A DNA stretch of 64,000 bases from Bdellovibrio sp. (GTDB lineage Bacteria; Bdellovibrionota; Bdellovibrionia; Bdellovibrionales; Bdellovibrionaceae): positions 2,208,001-2,272,000 of the forward strand of contig JAKFCY010000002.1 in NCBI GenBank assembly GCA_036676395.1. Direction: 5' to 3'. Both the position numbers and the translations under genes were made by a program. Positions within the stretch are counted from its first letter, which is position 1; each line of letters begins with the position of its first letter. This document shows, in pieces, positions 38,338-47,817 of this stretch. The notes under the pieces are model-generated. The model ran no database searches. It was not told where the DNA came from and saw only the letters and a program-made list of their open reading frames with translations.

Positions 38338-38351
38338 ATGATGGTTATCAT
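38338..38351. promoter_or_regulatory. Fnr/Dnr-type box for nrdGD
   Basis: ATGAT-GGTT-ATCAT; -10 TACTTT (38315-38310) at class II spacing. Confidence 0.75.
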
Positions 38352-38352
38352 A

Positions 38353-39387
38353 TTACTTATTCTGCAAAACATGGCCTTTAGTCGTAAAAATAATGTGCGT
38401 GGCAATAATCAAAAGAGCCAAACCAATAACGGCGATAATAAATTGCAACGGTCTAAAATATTGCCATGAATAATCAAGAAAAGTAATCGCAATACACATA
38501 GCTATTCCTAAATTAGCAAATAAAAAACTGTATCTGTATTTTAAATACAATTCAAAATAGTAGATGGGAAAAATCGTTAAGAAACAAAAATGCAAAGAAG
38601 CAATTTGCAAATTATATCCTAATTGGCGTGGCCATATCCCACTGAAAATGATACCTGCCCCCAGAAGTGTAAAGTAAAAATTAACATTACGTAAAAATGA
38701 AAAATTAATTTTTATAAATGTTAGGCTATACACCAGTATAATACTACCCAAGATGATTAAGCCGATATTCACTGGTAAAAAATGAAGAATTTGAATTTCA
38801 AATAAATAATTTAAAACCACAGAAGCAGACCATAGTAGGATTGGAAATTTTTTATATAAATCAAACAGAATTGTCGGCAGAACAATAAATAATATTATAT
38901 TAGAAATAAAACCATGCACAAAATTAATTTTGGGTGTTGCTGGAAGAAGTTTCTGGCCGACAATAACAAAGACTAACGAAGCCAGTGCTAGAACAGAACT
39001 TAGTTGCATATATTTCTGAAACGCAGGAGCTAGTTTTTTTAACTTAAAACTTTGATATATCCAGGTCGCAAATACAACAGCAGACAAGACATGTGATAAC
39101 CAGTTATAACCAAATACTAAAAACGATACAAATGCCATGAATGTGGCGACAAAATACACAAGAAGAACAGTCGGCTGTCGCTTTTCTTCGAAACTTATTT
39201 GATTGATAACCCAAGTCAGCGGAATCAAAAAACCATAAAAGCCTAAATGACTATGGGCTTGTCGTAAATCGAAATGTTCTAAAATGGATAGACTAAAGCC
39301 TGCGAATTGTAACCGCATTAAAATGCCTATAGTCATAACTAGCAAAAGCGAAGTAAGTGAAAATAATGTGACCTGGCGATCAGTCAC
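38353..39387 (-). CDS. Uncharacterised polytopic membrane protein with HSH motif
   Basis: Roughly 11-12 TM helices, LRQAHSHLGFYG; GTG at 39387 with GGAG overlaps the regulator stop. Confidence 0.7.
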   Translation of the reverse strand: MTDRQVTLFSLTSLLLVMTIGILMRLQFAGFSLSILEHFDLRQAHSHLGFYGFLIPLTWVINQISFEEKRQPTVLLVYFVATFMAFVSFLVFGYNWLSHVLSAVVFATWIYQSFKLKKLAPAFQKYMQLSSVLALASLVFVIVGQKLLPATPKINFVHGFISNIILFIVLPTILFDLYKKFPILLWSASVVLNYLFEIQILHFLPVNIGLIILGSIILVYSLTFIKINFSFLRNVNFYFTLLGAGIIFSGIWPRQLGYNLQIASLHFCFLTIFPIYYFELYLKYRYSFLFANLGIAMCIAITFLDYSWQYFRPLQFIIAVIGLALLIIATHIIFTTKGHVLQNK

Positions 39388-40081
39388 ATTGCTCCATTTG
39401 ATGAATAAGCCATTCAGGCTGAAGAATTTTAATGTGATGATCTGTTGTGCTGATGTAACCGTGCTTGGCCCAGTCACTCATTACGCGAATGACTGATTCA
39501 ACAGTGACTCCCAGTGAATCTGCAATTTCTTTACGAGTAAGCGGAAGTGGAACTTCAAGTTGTCCTTCTGTTTTGGTATCATCAGCGGCTAGCTGCAATA
39601 ACAATGAGGCGACCTTTGAAGCCATTGGAGCTCGTTGCATGACTTTATGATTTTGTAATCTCGCCATGCGAGTTGAAAAAAGGCTCTGAATTTTAATAAT
39701 TAACATTGGATTTTTAATCCAGTAATTAAGATAGGTATCCTGGGGAATAACTAACATTCGCGCTGGCCCCATGGATTTTACTGTCACTGGATAGGGAGTA
39801 TTTTTTTTGGTCATCACTAAAGCCGCAACGACATCGCCAGGTGATGAGAAGTGAATGACAGATTCTTCGCCGACAGGTGAAATACGAGTCAGTTTATAGG
39901 CTCCTGACAATACTACTCCAAAATGTGTTGCAGGTTCGCCAAGGGTAAAAACGATTTGTTTGTGTGCGTGAACTTTAATATTGGCATTTTCACATAATTG
40001 CTGAACCGTAGATTCGTCAAAGTCTTTAAATAACTCAAATTTTTTGATTTCAACCAAGGCCGATTTTAATGCGCTATTCAT
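39380..40081 (-). CDS. Crp/Fnr family regulator 1 (Dnr-like, no Fnr Cys cluster)
   Basis: cNMP-like domain, LTRKEIADSLGVTVESVIRVM HTH. Confidence 0.92.
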   Translation of the reverse strand: MNSALKSALVEIKKFELFKDFDESTVQQLCENANIKVHAHKQIVFTLGEPATHFGVVLSGAYKLTRISPVGEESVIHFSSPGDVVAALVMTKKNTPYPVTVKSMGPARMLVIPQDTYLNYWIKNPMLIIKIQSLFSTRMARLQNHKVMQRAPMASKVASLLLQLAADDTKTEGQLEVPLPLTRKEIADSLGVTVESVIRVMSDWAKHGYISTTDHHIKILQPEWLIHQMEQCD

Positions 40082-40098
40082 AAGACTCCTAGGACGAA

Positions 40099-40127
40099 AG
40101 TATACATTAAGTCGTCTGAATGGGCAA
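40099..40127 (-). promoter_or_regulatory. Sigma-70-type promoter of regulator 1
   Basis: TTGCCC-17 nt-TATACT on the minus strand; AGGAG RBS downstream. Confidence 0.55.
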
Positions 40128-40149
40128 TTTTGAAAAAAAACGCCAATCT

Positions 40150-40163
40150 ATGATTTAAATCAT
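40150..40163. promoter_or_regulatory. Fnr/Dnr-type box for the HiPIP gene
   Basis: ATGAT-TTAA-ATCAT; -10 TAGTAT at 40186-40191. Confidence 0.8.
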
Positions 40164-40223
40164 CGAAATCGGTCTTCTAATTGAATAGTATATGATAAAA
40201 CCCAAAAACCAAGAGGTGATTGT

Positions 40224-40562
40224 ATGAACAGAAGACAGTTTATTTTAAATAGCGGAGTGTTAGCGAGCGGAATGCTTTTTTTATTGAGTGGAAAAGCCCT
40301 TGCCGAAGGTGGTCGTCGCGGAAAAGGAAATGCCGGCGGAGATCCTGAATTAGTAAGTCCAAAAGATAGTGTTGCTAAGGCAGTAGGCTACATTGAAGAC
40401 TTCAAAAAATCAGGAAAGCAAGCTGCAAATAAATGTTCAAATTGCACCCTATACGTTAAAGGCAAAGACCAAAATGGTAAAGAAGTTGGCGCGTGCGCTC
40501 TTTTTCCAAAAAAATTGGTCTTAGGAGATGCCTACTGTAATTCTTGGGCGAAAAAAGCTTAG
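40224..40562 (+). CDS. High-potential iron-sulfur protein (HiPIP), Tat-exported
   Basis: NRRQFI Tat motif; CSNCTLY...CALFP...YCNSW four-Cys HiPIP pattern. Confidence 0.88.
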   Translation: MNRRQFILNSGVLASGMLFLLSGKALAEGGRRGKGNAGGDPELVSPKDSVAKAVGYIEDFKKSGKQAANKCSNCTLYVKGKDQNGKEVGACALFPKKLVLGDAYCNSWAKKA

Positions 40563-40591
40563 CCGGGATTTAATGTCGAAAGACCCACGAA

Positions 40592-41998
40592 TTATTGTGC
40601 GGTCTTTCTTGCGCGTGTTTGGATAAAAAACCAAACAGTACCCAGTGATAAAAGTAACGAACCTAAATATTTAATCCAGCGACCAGGATCAAGATTTACC
40701 GACAAAACTGAGGCTGTTGGCTCACCGGTCTTATCGTCTTGATTAAAGCTGGCTTGATAAAATGTGTACCCTGCGTATTTCATCGGTTCATTCATTGCAA
40801 TTACCCCAGAAACAGGTGATGTACCTTCAGGCGGAACGATTTCGACAGAACTTGAGTAAGTTCTGGCTTTTTGAGTTCCATTATAATGGGTCATTTCAAA
40901 CTTTTTCAAATAAACTGGAAATCCAATATCAATGCGGCGGTTTTGAAAACTGAATAAAAACGCTTTGTTTTCACCGAAAAGTTTAATCACATCATTTAAT
41001 AAGGTCCATTGTGTTTTTTCGCCAAACTGAATTAATAAAGCCGGGCTTGTTAGTGGTGTTGGTCGTTTAATTTCAACCGCATCCCATTCTTCAGTGGCTT
41101 GCGGAAGATAGTCTAATACACGAATTTCTAAACCCATCCAGCCTGTGACAATCATGTCGCCGATTTTTATTACGCCTGTTTTAAACGGTTTCACTTCTTC
41201 TTTATGATAAAGTTCGTAAAAAAGTTCTGAATCGTTTTTAACATTAAAATACATTTCATTTGTTGAACGGTCTTTGCGGCCATTGTCTTTAATGCTATGG
41301 CCAAGAACTACTTTTAAAGGACCAAAATTCACATCAGCTGAGTTAGTTTTACTTGGTTGAGTTAACGTTTCAACTTGCTGAACATTGGCGTTTTGCAATT
41401 GGAATTTGACTGAAGCGCCGACATTTACATCTGTCGACTTTTTCAATTTTTTACTAACCTGGGCATATTTAAGATATTTTTTTATCGTGATTTCATCGCT
41501 TCCCAATTGAACTTTGAAAGGCTTTTCTTCCGTCGGCGGATGCATGAAAAAATCCACTTCGTTTTCATAAACTTTTGTGTAGCGATCACCGCCAAAAGTA
41601 GCGTAAACGACAACATCGGTTTGCGCCACAGACACATAATTATTTTTTCCATTAATCGGAAGCACCAATGAACCGTCAAGACCATACTTTTGTGTGACAT
41701 AGCCACCCACAATGATGAGAATAATTCCGATGTGCACGACCAGAAACGGCGCATGCCGCTTCTTCCACGGCATACGATCAACCATCACTATCGTCAGATT
41801 GTAAACCAACAAACCCATGGTCAAATACATCATCCAGCTATGGTAAACTAACTTTCCAGCAGCGAAAGCATCATATTGTGACTCAACGATTGTGCCCCAC
41901 GTGATTAAACAAGTGAGTGTCACTAGAACGGGAATACCTAATTGAAATGATGTAGAAAATCTCCAGAACTTCTGCATCAAAGGGTTTTTAAATCTCAT
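40592..41998 (-). CDS. resB: ResB/Ccs1 cytochrome c biogenesis (system II) protein
   Basis: N-terminal TMs with HIGII, C-terminal MNEPMKYAGYTFYQASF and DPG. Confidence 0.85.
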   Translation of the reverse strand: MRFKNPLMQKFWRFSTSFQLGIPVLVTLTCLITWGTIVESQYDAFAAGKLVYHSWMMYLTMGLLVYNLTIVMVDRMPWKKRHAPFLVVHIGIILIIVGGYVTQKYGLDGSLVLPINGKNNYVSVAQTDVVVYATFGGDRYTKVYENEVDFFMHPPTEEKPFKVQLGSDEITIKKYLKYAQVSKKLKKSTDVNVGASVKFQLQNANVQQVETLTQPSKTNSADVNFGPLKVVLGHSIKDNGRKDRSTNEMYFNVKNDSELFYELYHKEEVKPFKTGVIKIGDMIVTGWMGLEIRVLDYLPQATEEWDAVEIKRPTPLTSPALLIQFGEKTQWTLLNDVIKLFGENKAFLFSFQNRRIDIGFPVYLKKFEMTHYNGTQKARTYSSSVEIVPPEGTSPVSGVIAMNEPMKYAGYTFYQASFNQDDKTGEPTASVLSVNLDPGRWIKYLGSLLLSLGTVWFFIQTRARKTAQ

Positions 41999-42006
41999 AC
42001 GTACTT

Positions 42007-43734
42007 CTATCTCTCCATTAATAGTGAAATTTGCCTAATAAATTCATCAATAAAGTTTACATTTGTGTTAACCGAATTAAAAAAAGGATTCATTGTTGTT
42101 AGGCGTATCAAAGTCAGTTCTTTTTGATCGACAGAAATATTAAAACTTTTATTAAAGTGATCTAACACGCTTTCATGGCTTTCTGATATCAACGTTTTAG
42201 AAATGTAAAAAACATCTTTGTCTTCAGCAAGTATTTTGTCTTGAAATTTTTTAATCACGTTTTTTGTTTGTTCATTGATCTCGCTCAGGCATTGCCCGCG
42301 CTGGCCAATGGCGAAGCACAAAATATTTGTCATTTCACTTTCAATGATCAAAACTGGCAAACCACTATTTATAAGTTTTTCTTTTAAAAGATGACAGGTC
42401 TTAATTGTGCGAAGAATAATCTGACCATACCCCTGCTCATCAAAACCAATACATGACGAGGTCATATAGGTTGCCACCGCACCAGCGGCCGATCTGGAAC
42501 CTTCTAACGTATATGGACCGCGATCTTTTTGATTTTGAAAATCAACATAAGGAGCTTGTGTTTCTTGGATAAAGTAATCTTCAGCCGTTCGGCAAATAAA
42601 TGCCCCTGAAGAATATGGCACATAGCCAAGTTTATGCGGGTCAACAGTAATTGAAGTGCTATGGGCTAGTGCTGCTAAAGCTAATTTAATGTTTTCACCA
42701 ATTTCTTTGTCGTTCACAGATTTAATCGTGGCGAAAAAACCACCGTAAGCTGCATCAACGTGATGCCAAAACTGATAACCATATTCTTTTTTGAAATGAT
42801 CTAATATTGCTTGTGTTTCATGAATAGGATCAATGGTGCCAAACTCTGTCGAACCACATACACTATTCACAGAGACAATTGGAATTTGTTCTTGCAAACA
42901 TTTTTCTATTGCAGACTTCAACACTTTTATATCAATCTGCCCCCATTTATTCAGCGGAATTTGCCGAAGACCTTCTACACCAAAGCCAAAGTATTTAGCC
43001 GCTTTTGTCCAAGAATAGTGTTTACTGGCCGGTACAAACATAACCGCGCCGTTAAATTCGCTTTTAAACTGCTTTTCAATCCACCTTGCTAGCTGAATAT
43101 CAGAAAGCTCTGATATTTTTGTTTGTCCTTGCAACGACGTCAGTGACCGAACATAACTAGCGTCGTTAATACTTTTTTTTGAACCTGTATGTGATTGTAA
43201 ATTTAGAATCCATTTGCGTTTGGCTCGAACAACACTTTCAAAATTAGCCACTGTCCCGCCACTGGTAAAATGCCCGATAGCCTCACTGCTGTATCCGAAC
43301 ATTTTAACTAAAGCCTGAATGGCTTCATTTTCAATTTCGACACCAACACGTGAAGATTCTTTTGATACATTGTTTGGATTATGCAACAGACAAATTAAAT
43401 GACCAAGTAACGCAGGTAGCGATAATTCAGAAAACATGTGACCAATATATCGCGGAGAAAATTTTGGAATTTCATCAGAAAATCGCTGTGACAAGATATT
43501 GATCTGAGTACGAAAAAGTTCAATTTTTCTTTGAAACTCCGGGGCTGATTGATCTGGCTGCGAAATCGCGCCGCCGTCTAATGGAAAACGCTCTTTACGC
43601 CAGTTAATCCACGTTGAAAGTATATTATCGACTTCTTGTTTGAAAAAATTTGCGTTTTCAGCTTGAGGTCCTAAAAAAAAACTCTTTAACGCAATTTCAT
43701 CTGAAGAGCATGGTTTTATTAAATTTCTATTCAT
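42007..43734 (-). CDS. Group II PLP-dependent amino-acid decarboxylase (tyrosine-decarboxylase-like)
   Basis: RYIGHM, TSGGTVAN, HYSW, HVDAAYGG, VDPHKLGYVPY, LEGSR. Confidence 0.88.
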   Translation of the reverse strand: MNRNLIKPCSSDEIALKSFFLGPQAENANFFKQEVDNILSTWINWRKERFPLDGGAISQPDQSAPEFQRKIELFRTQINILSQRFSDEIPKFSPRYIGHMFSELSLPALLGHLICLLHNPNNVSKESSRVGVEIENEAIQALVKMFGYSSEAIGHFTSGGTVANFESVVRAKRKWILNLQSHTGSKKSINDASYVRSLTSLQGQTKISELSDIQLARWIEKQFKSEFNGAVMFVPASKHYSWTKAAKYFGFGVEGLRQIPLNKWGQIDIKVLKSAIEKCLQEQIPIVSVNSVCGSTEFGTIDPIHETQAILDHFKKEYGYQFWHHVDAAYGGFFATIKSVNDKEIGENIKLALAALAHSTSITVDPHKLGYVPYSSGAFICRTAEDYFIQETQAPYVDFQNQKDRGPYTLEGSRSAAGAVATYMTSSCIGFDEQGYGQIILRTIKTCHLLKEKLINSGLPVLIIESEMTNILCFAIGQRGQCLSEINEQTKNVIKKFQDKILAEDKDVFYISKTLISESHESVLDHFNKSFNISVDQKELTLIRLTTMNPFFNSVNTNVNFIDEFIRQISLLMER

Positions 43735-43768
43735 ACAGTGATTTTAGACTTTGCAAATCACAGATTCA

Positions 43769-43782
43769 CTGATCTATATCAT
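43769..43782. promoter_or_regulatory. Fnr/Dnr-type box for the decarboxylase-resB operon
   Basis: CTGAT-CTAT-ATCAT centred 41.5 bp from the ATG; TAAAAT lies 6 nt before the ATG. Confidence 0.78.
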
Positions 43783-43802
43783 ATTCGAGCACTATTATCC
43801 CT

Positions 43803-45020
43803 CTACCCATAATGTAATTTAAGTTTTTTCGCTAAAGCGATGTTTTGATCATAGATTTTGCTTAAACCAATTTTACCTAAGTAATTTCCTGCAAGATAAA
43901 TATTTTCTTTCGCTAAAGCCTCTGCGGTTTCTGGATAAGTCTCTAAAAAGTCTTGTAAGTGCTGATTATAGGCCGGAATGGCTTTCGGCCAACGCGTAAT
44001 ATGGCACTCTAATGGTTGTCCCTGCTGCGAAAAAAAACGCTGACGATCCATTAGAACATGTTGTTTTATCTGCTCATCACTAAACTGTTCTAAACTATGG
44101 CTAATTATCCAAGTCTCAGAAGGATTTGGCCCACAACTAGAAAAAATACAGGCATTGATCAAAACCCCCGCTGTAAAAAAATGTTCTTTCGGCGGAAACA
44201 AACAACCAAATCCTTGCAGCAACGGCTCTTCTTTAGCCCACACCAACGTAGCCTTGGTTACTGGCACTGCTTCAATCAGATTGAAGGTTTGAATATGAGG
44301 CACAAGTTTACATGCATCCCAAGCCGATGTAGCAATGACCACGATATCTTCTGGGGCTAAATTTAAATCTTTTAAATCCAGAATTTCTTGAAATTTAATT
44401 GCTACATTTTTTTCAGCTAGTCGTTGTTTTAACGCTAAAATTAATTCGCCCATTCCATTTCTAGGGGCATACGTTCCTGGTTTAAATTTTTTAGCTTTTT
44501 TGAATTCGTTCACTGCTTTAAAAGATTCGAGAACGGCTTTGGCATTTAAATATTTAGGTGCTAAGGCAAAAATACCCTGTACTGCCGCGCTTAAAATTAT
44601 ATCAGAAAAAGACTTTCCGAAAGACCGAACTCCCCATTGTTCTAAAGTTAAATCACGTGAAATCTTCTTATTTGAAAAAACTATTCTGCTAAGAAATTTA
44701 AAACTAGCAATTAACGATTGCATCGTTTCAAGAAAACTTAATGGCCAGCGACGAGGTTTATGATTGTGAAAAATAAATCGTTTTTTAGCCACGGATTCTG
44801 ACGGCTGAAATTCAACACTTAATTCTTTGGCCAAAGTTTCAAAACGAGGATTCCATAAAACGCTACTCGCAGCAGTTTCTCGTAAATGGGTCGAGGTGCG
44901 ATGTGACTGAATCAAGCCACCAACTTGGTTCTTTTCATAAACCATAATCTCGAACCCGGCTTTTTTCAATTCCCAAGCTAAAGTTAAACCTGAAAAGCCT
45001 GCACCTATTATATGAATCAT
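43803..45020 (-). CDS. HemY-type (proto/coproporphyrinogen) FAD oxidase
   Basis: IIGAGFSGL, VGGLI, GFGCL, RWPKAIPAY, LAGNY; coupled to hemN. Confidence 0.8.
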   Translation of the reverse strand: MIHIIGAGFSGLTLAWELKKAGFEIMVYEKNQVGGLIQSHRTSTHLRETAASSVLWNPRFETLAKELSVEFQPSESVAKKRFIFHNHKPRRWPLSFLETMQSLIASFKFLSRIVFSNKKISRDLTLEQWGVRSFGKSFSDIILSAAVQGIFALAPKYLNAKAVLESFKAVNEFKKAKKFKPGTYAPRNGMGELILALKQRLAEKNVAIKFQEILDLKDLNLAPEDIVVIATSAWDACKLVPHIQTFNLIEAVPVTKATLVWAKEEPLLQGFGCLFPPKEHFFTAGVLINACIFSSCGPNPSETWIISHSLEQFSDEQIKQHVLMDRQRFFSQQGQPLECHITRWPKAIPAYNQHLQDFLETYPETAEALAKENIYLAGNYLGKIGLSKIYDQNIALAKKLKLHYG

Positions 45021-46363
45021 AGCGATTGTGAAAAAATACGCGTTTGCGGTTTACTGCGCTTCAAATGCTCGTCAAAAAAAATGCAAATATTGCGTAAGAA
45101 TGGTTTTCCATTTTCAGTTACTTTTACTTTATCACCTACTACAGTAACTAAATTATCCGAAATCATTTCTTTCAAAAAATTTGAAACCTGTTGTTTTTGT
45201 TCAGTTGTCATGACCACTTCATAAGTTGTCATTAAAGAAAGTATTTGCTGTCTGCGAATTACATCTTCATCATTTAAAACATGGCCACGTGTTGTAGGAA
45301 TCTGACCGGCCTCCAAAAGCTCTTGATATTTGGGCAGAATTTTTTCATTTTGATGAAAACTTTGAGGCGATTCAGATATTGAACTTACTCCTAAACCTAA
45401 CATGACATCTGACTTTTGATCGGTGTAACCCATAAAATTACGGTGCAACTGACCGTTCTTCATAGCAATAGCCAAAGCATCTTCAGGCAAAGCAAAATGA
45501 TCCATTCCCACCTCAACGTAACCAAAATTTAATAATTCTGTACGGGCATATTCATAAAGATCACGTTTATCTTTTCCGACCGGTAAGTCTTCGTCTTTAA
45601 ATAAACGCTGTGCCGGTTTAATCCATGGCACCAAAGCAAAACTGTATAAGGCAATACGATCCGGACGAAGTCTTTTCGTCTGTTCAACCGTATATTTCAT
45701 AGTTTCTAACGTTTGTTTTGCCAGCCCATAAATTAAATCATAATTCACCGAGGTATAGCCGATTTCTCGTGCAAAGCGTGTGATATTTTCTGTTTCTTCA
45801 ACAGTTTGCCGACGATTTACTAAACGTTGAATTTCTGGATTAAAATCTTGCACACCTAAACTGACACGGCGAAAGCCAAGGTTGTACAAAACTTCTAACT
45901 GTTCACGATTGGTCCTTCTTGGATCAACTTCGATTGAACCTTCAAAATATTCACCTCTATGACTGAATTCTAAAATCGGCGTTAATAATTCTTTCAAATG
46001 TTGCGCGGATAAAAAAGTAGGTGTTCCTCCACCTAAGTGAATACCCTGCAGCTGCGCCTTAGAGAATTCAGGTACATGTTTGCGATACAACTCCCATTCT
46101 TTAAGAACTGACTGCACATAAGGATCTTCTCTTTTATGATCTTTCGTAATGATATTATTACATCCGCAAAACGTGCACAGACTTTCACAGTATGGAACAT
46201 GAATGTACATCGACCATTGCTTTCCACTTTCATCTAAGCTGTTTCTTAGGTGTGAAAGCCATTGCTCTTGCGATGGTGATCCTGTCCAGTACGGGACTGT
46301 TGGGTAACTCGTGTATCGAGGTGCCGGAATATCGTACTTAGCAAAAAGTTGTGAATCATTCAT
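45017..46363 (-). CDS. hemN: Oxygen-independent coproporphyrinogen III oxidase
   Basis: PRYTSYP, CESLCTFCGC, GGGTPT, MDHFA, LHRNFMGY; GAGG before ATG 46363. Confidence 0.95.
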   Translation of the reverse strand: MNDSQLFAKYDIPAPRYTSYPTVPYWTGSPSQEQWLSHLRNSLDESGKQWSMYIHVPYCESLCTFCGCNNIITKDHKREDPYVQSVLKEWELYRKHVPEFSKAQLQGIHLGGGTPTFLSAQHLKELLTPILEFSHRGEYFEGSIEVDPRRTNREQLEVLYNLGFRRVSLGVQDFNPEIQRLVNRRQTVEETENITRFAREIGYTSVNYDLIYGLAKQTLETMKYTVEQTKRLRPDRIALYSFALVPWIKPAQRLFKDEDLPVGKDKRDLYEYARTELLNFGYVEVGMDHFALPEDALAIAMKNGQLHRNFMGYTDQKSDVMLGLGVSSISESPQSFHQNEKILPKYQELLEAGQIPTTRGHVLNDEDVIRRQQILSLMTTYEVVMTTEQKQQVSNFLKEMISDNLVTVVGDKVKVTENGKPFLRNICIFFDEHLKRSKPQTRIFSQSL

Positions 46364-46483
46364 GAAATACCTCATCTCTGATTTGTTAGCATGTTTGCAA
46401 CATAGCAAAGATTTTCAGTGAGTATGTCACAAGTTTGTCACCGCTCGAAAAAAAAGTTTTTATTTTTTGTATCGTAGCTTTTT

Positions 46484-47059
46484 TTAAATTAGCTCAGGTA
46501 ATGGCACCCAGTGTTCTAGAATTTCTTCGATTTCATGAGGAAGAAGCAAAGTCTGACAAATCATGAAAAAGCACTTTTCTTCTTTCTCATGATGTTTCTT
46601 AAATAAATCCTGCAAAACAACTAATCCCACCTGCCCAGTTAATTCCTCGTTTGATTTTAATAAAAAGGCATCTAACATCGTATTTAAAGAGGCATGCTCT
46701 TCTAACGGAATATCTAACGGAGATTTTTTTGCCTTAATATCTAACTGATGACGACAATACGTTAAATCCTTTTTAGCGTACTTTTTTGCGATTTCAGCGG
46801 GTGGATTGACAATATGTTCATCGAAGAAAAGTACACAAAATGGACCACCTTCTTTTAATCGTTCTTTATTAAGTAGTTTCTTATGAATAAGCAATTCTTC
46901 GTTGTATTGATGTTTTAAAATCGCATTATCTTTTAACCAACGCAGCTGAATAAGTGGTTGTGAAGATTGTAACAGCTCATTTAAACAAGTGTTAATAACC
47001 TGATGTTCGCGAAAAATTAATGCTCTTAGTAGGTCTATACTTAAACTGTCTTTTGACAT
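46484..47059 (-). CDS. Hemerythrin/HHE-like domain protein
   Basis: REH, HQYNEE, EEH and HHEKEE motifs. Confidence 0.6.
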   Translation of the reverse strand: MSKDSLSIDLLRALIFREHQVINTCLNELLQSSQPLIQLRWLKDNAILKHQYNEELLIHKKLLNKERLKEGGPFCVLFFDEHIVNPPAEIAKKYAKKDLTYCRHQLDIKAKKSPLDIPLEEHASLNTMLDAFLLKSNEELTGQVGLVVLQDLFKKHHEKEEKCFFMICQTLLLPHEIEEILEHWVPLPELI

Positions 47060-47715
47060 AATAAATATGAATGTAGTTTTTCTGTTATGATTGTTTTTTT
47101 CTTTTTTTTGATTATATAACCCATGTTTACAAAATCACTTAATGTTCGAATTACAGACTCTGTCGTCGTATTTAAAATTTCGCCCATTAATTTTCGCGTG
47201 ACGAAATCATGCTCTAACAAATGCTGCTTCGTTATTAAAAAATGTGCTACGCGTACCGCCACTGGCATTTTAGCTATCACACTAATTGTTTGTAAAAAAA
47301 ACATCCGTTTTTGAATTTGAGTAAAAAAGTACAAATTCAAATCTGGAAATTTCTGCAGCACATCTACCAAGGCACTGACCCTAATTTTAAGAACCTCACA
47401 TGGTGTAATCGTCGTTGCTGAAACTGGATATTTGGCTTTCGCCATGTCTGCTTGCAAAAGCCCTGCTCCCAAAGATTCACTTGGCTCGATGATATCTATA
47501 GTCTTTGAAGACTTTTGCAACAATGTGTATCCATCAAGGATTAAGTACGCGTCGGTTACAGTTTCACCTTCAGTGCAAACTTGGTAACGTGGTGGTAAGT
47601 TTTGCACTTGCCCGACTCGACATAGCTCATTCCAGGCCTTTGGAAGAATTCCTAGCGGTGGGACCTGTAAAGATAGACAACCTTTTGATAATTTAATTTG
47701 CTCACGTTGTTCCAT
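47041..47715 (-). CDS. Crp/Fnr family regulator 2
   Basis: cNMP-like domain, YPVSA, VTRKLMGEILNTTTESVIRTL HTH. Confidence 0.85.
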   Translation of the reverse strand: MEQREQIKLSKGCLSLQVPPLGILPKAWNELCRVGQVQNLPPRYQVCTEGETVTDAYLILDGYTLLQKSSKTIDIIEPSESLGAGLLQADMAKAKYPVSATTITPCEVLKIRVSALVDVLQKFPDLNLYFFTQIQKRMFFLQTISVIAKMPVAVRVAHFLITKQHLLEHDFVTRKLMGEILNTTTESVIRTLSDFVNMGYIIKKKKKTIITEKLHSYLLCQKTV

Positions 47716-47749
47716 ATCATCACGCTAACCCATTAACATCGCACCCTTT

Positions 47750-47763
47750 ATGATTTAAATCAT
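47750..47763. promoter_or_regulatory. Fnr/Dnr-type box shared by the nor operon and regulator 2
   Basis: ATGAT-TTAA-ATCAT; -10 TAAGCT (47786-47791, +) and TAGCGT (47727-47722, -) placed symmetrically. Confidence 0.82.
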
Positions 47764-47817
47764 ACGCGCCTTAGATAGATTCATTTAAGCTGCAATCAAT
47801 TAGCACTAGGAGGAACA

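Noticed and set aside
46417..46441. GTGAGTATGTCAC upstream of hemN as another regulon box
   Set aside because: Half-site spacing is one base short of the TGA-N6-TCA pattern of the six accepted boxes; hemN may be read from the regulator-2 transcript.
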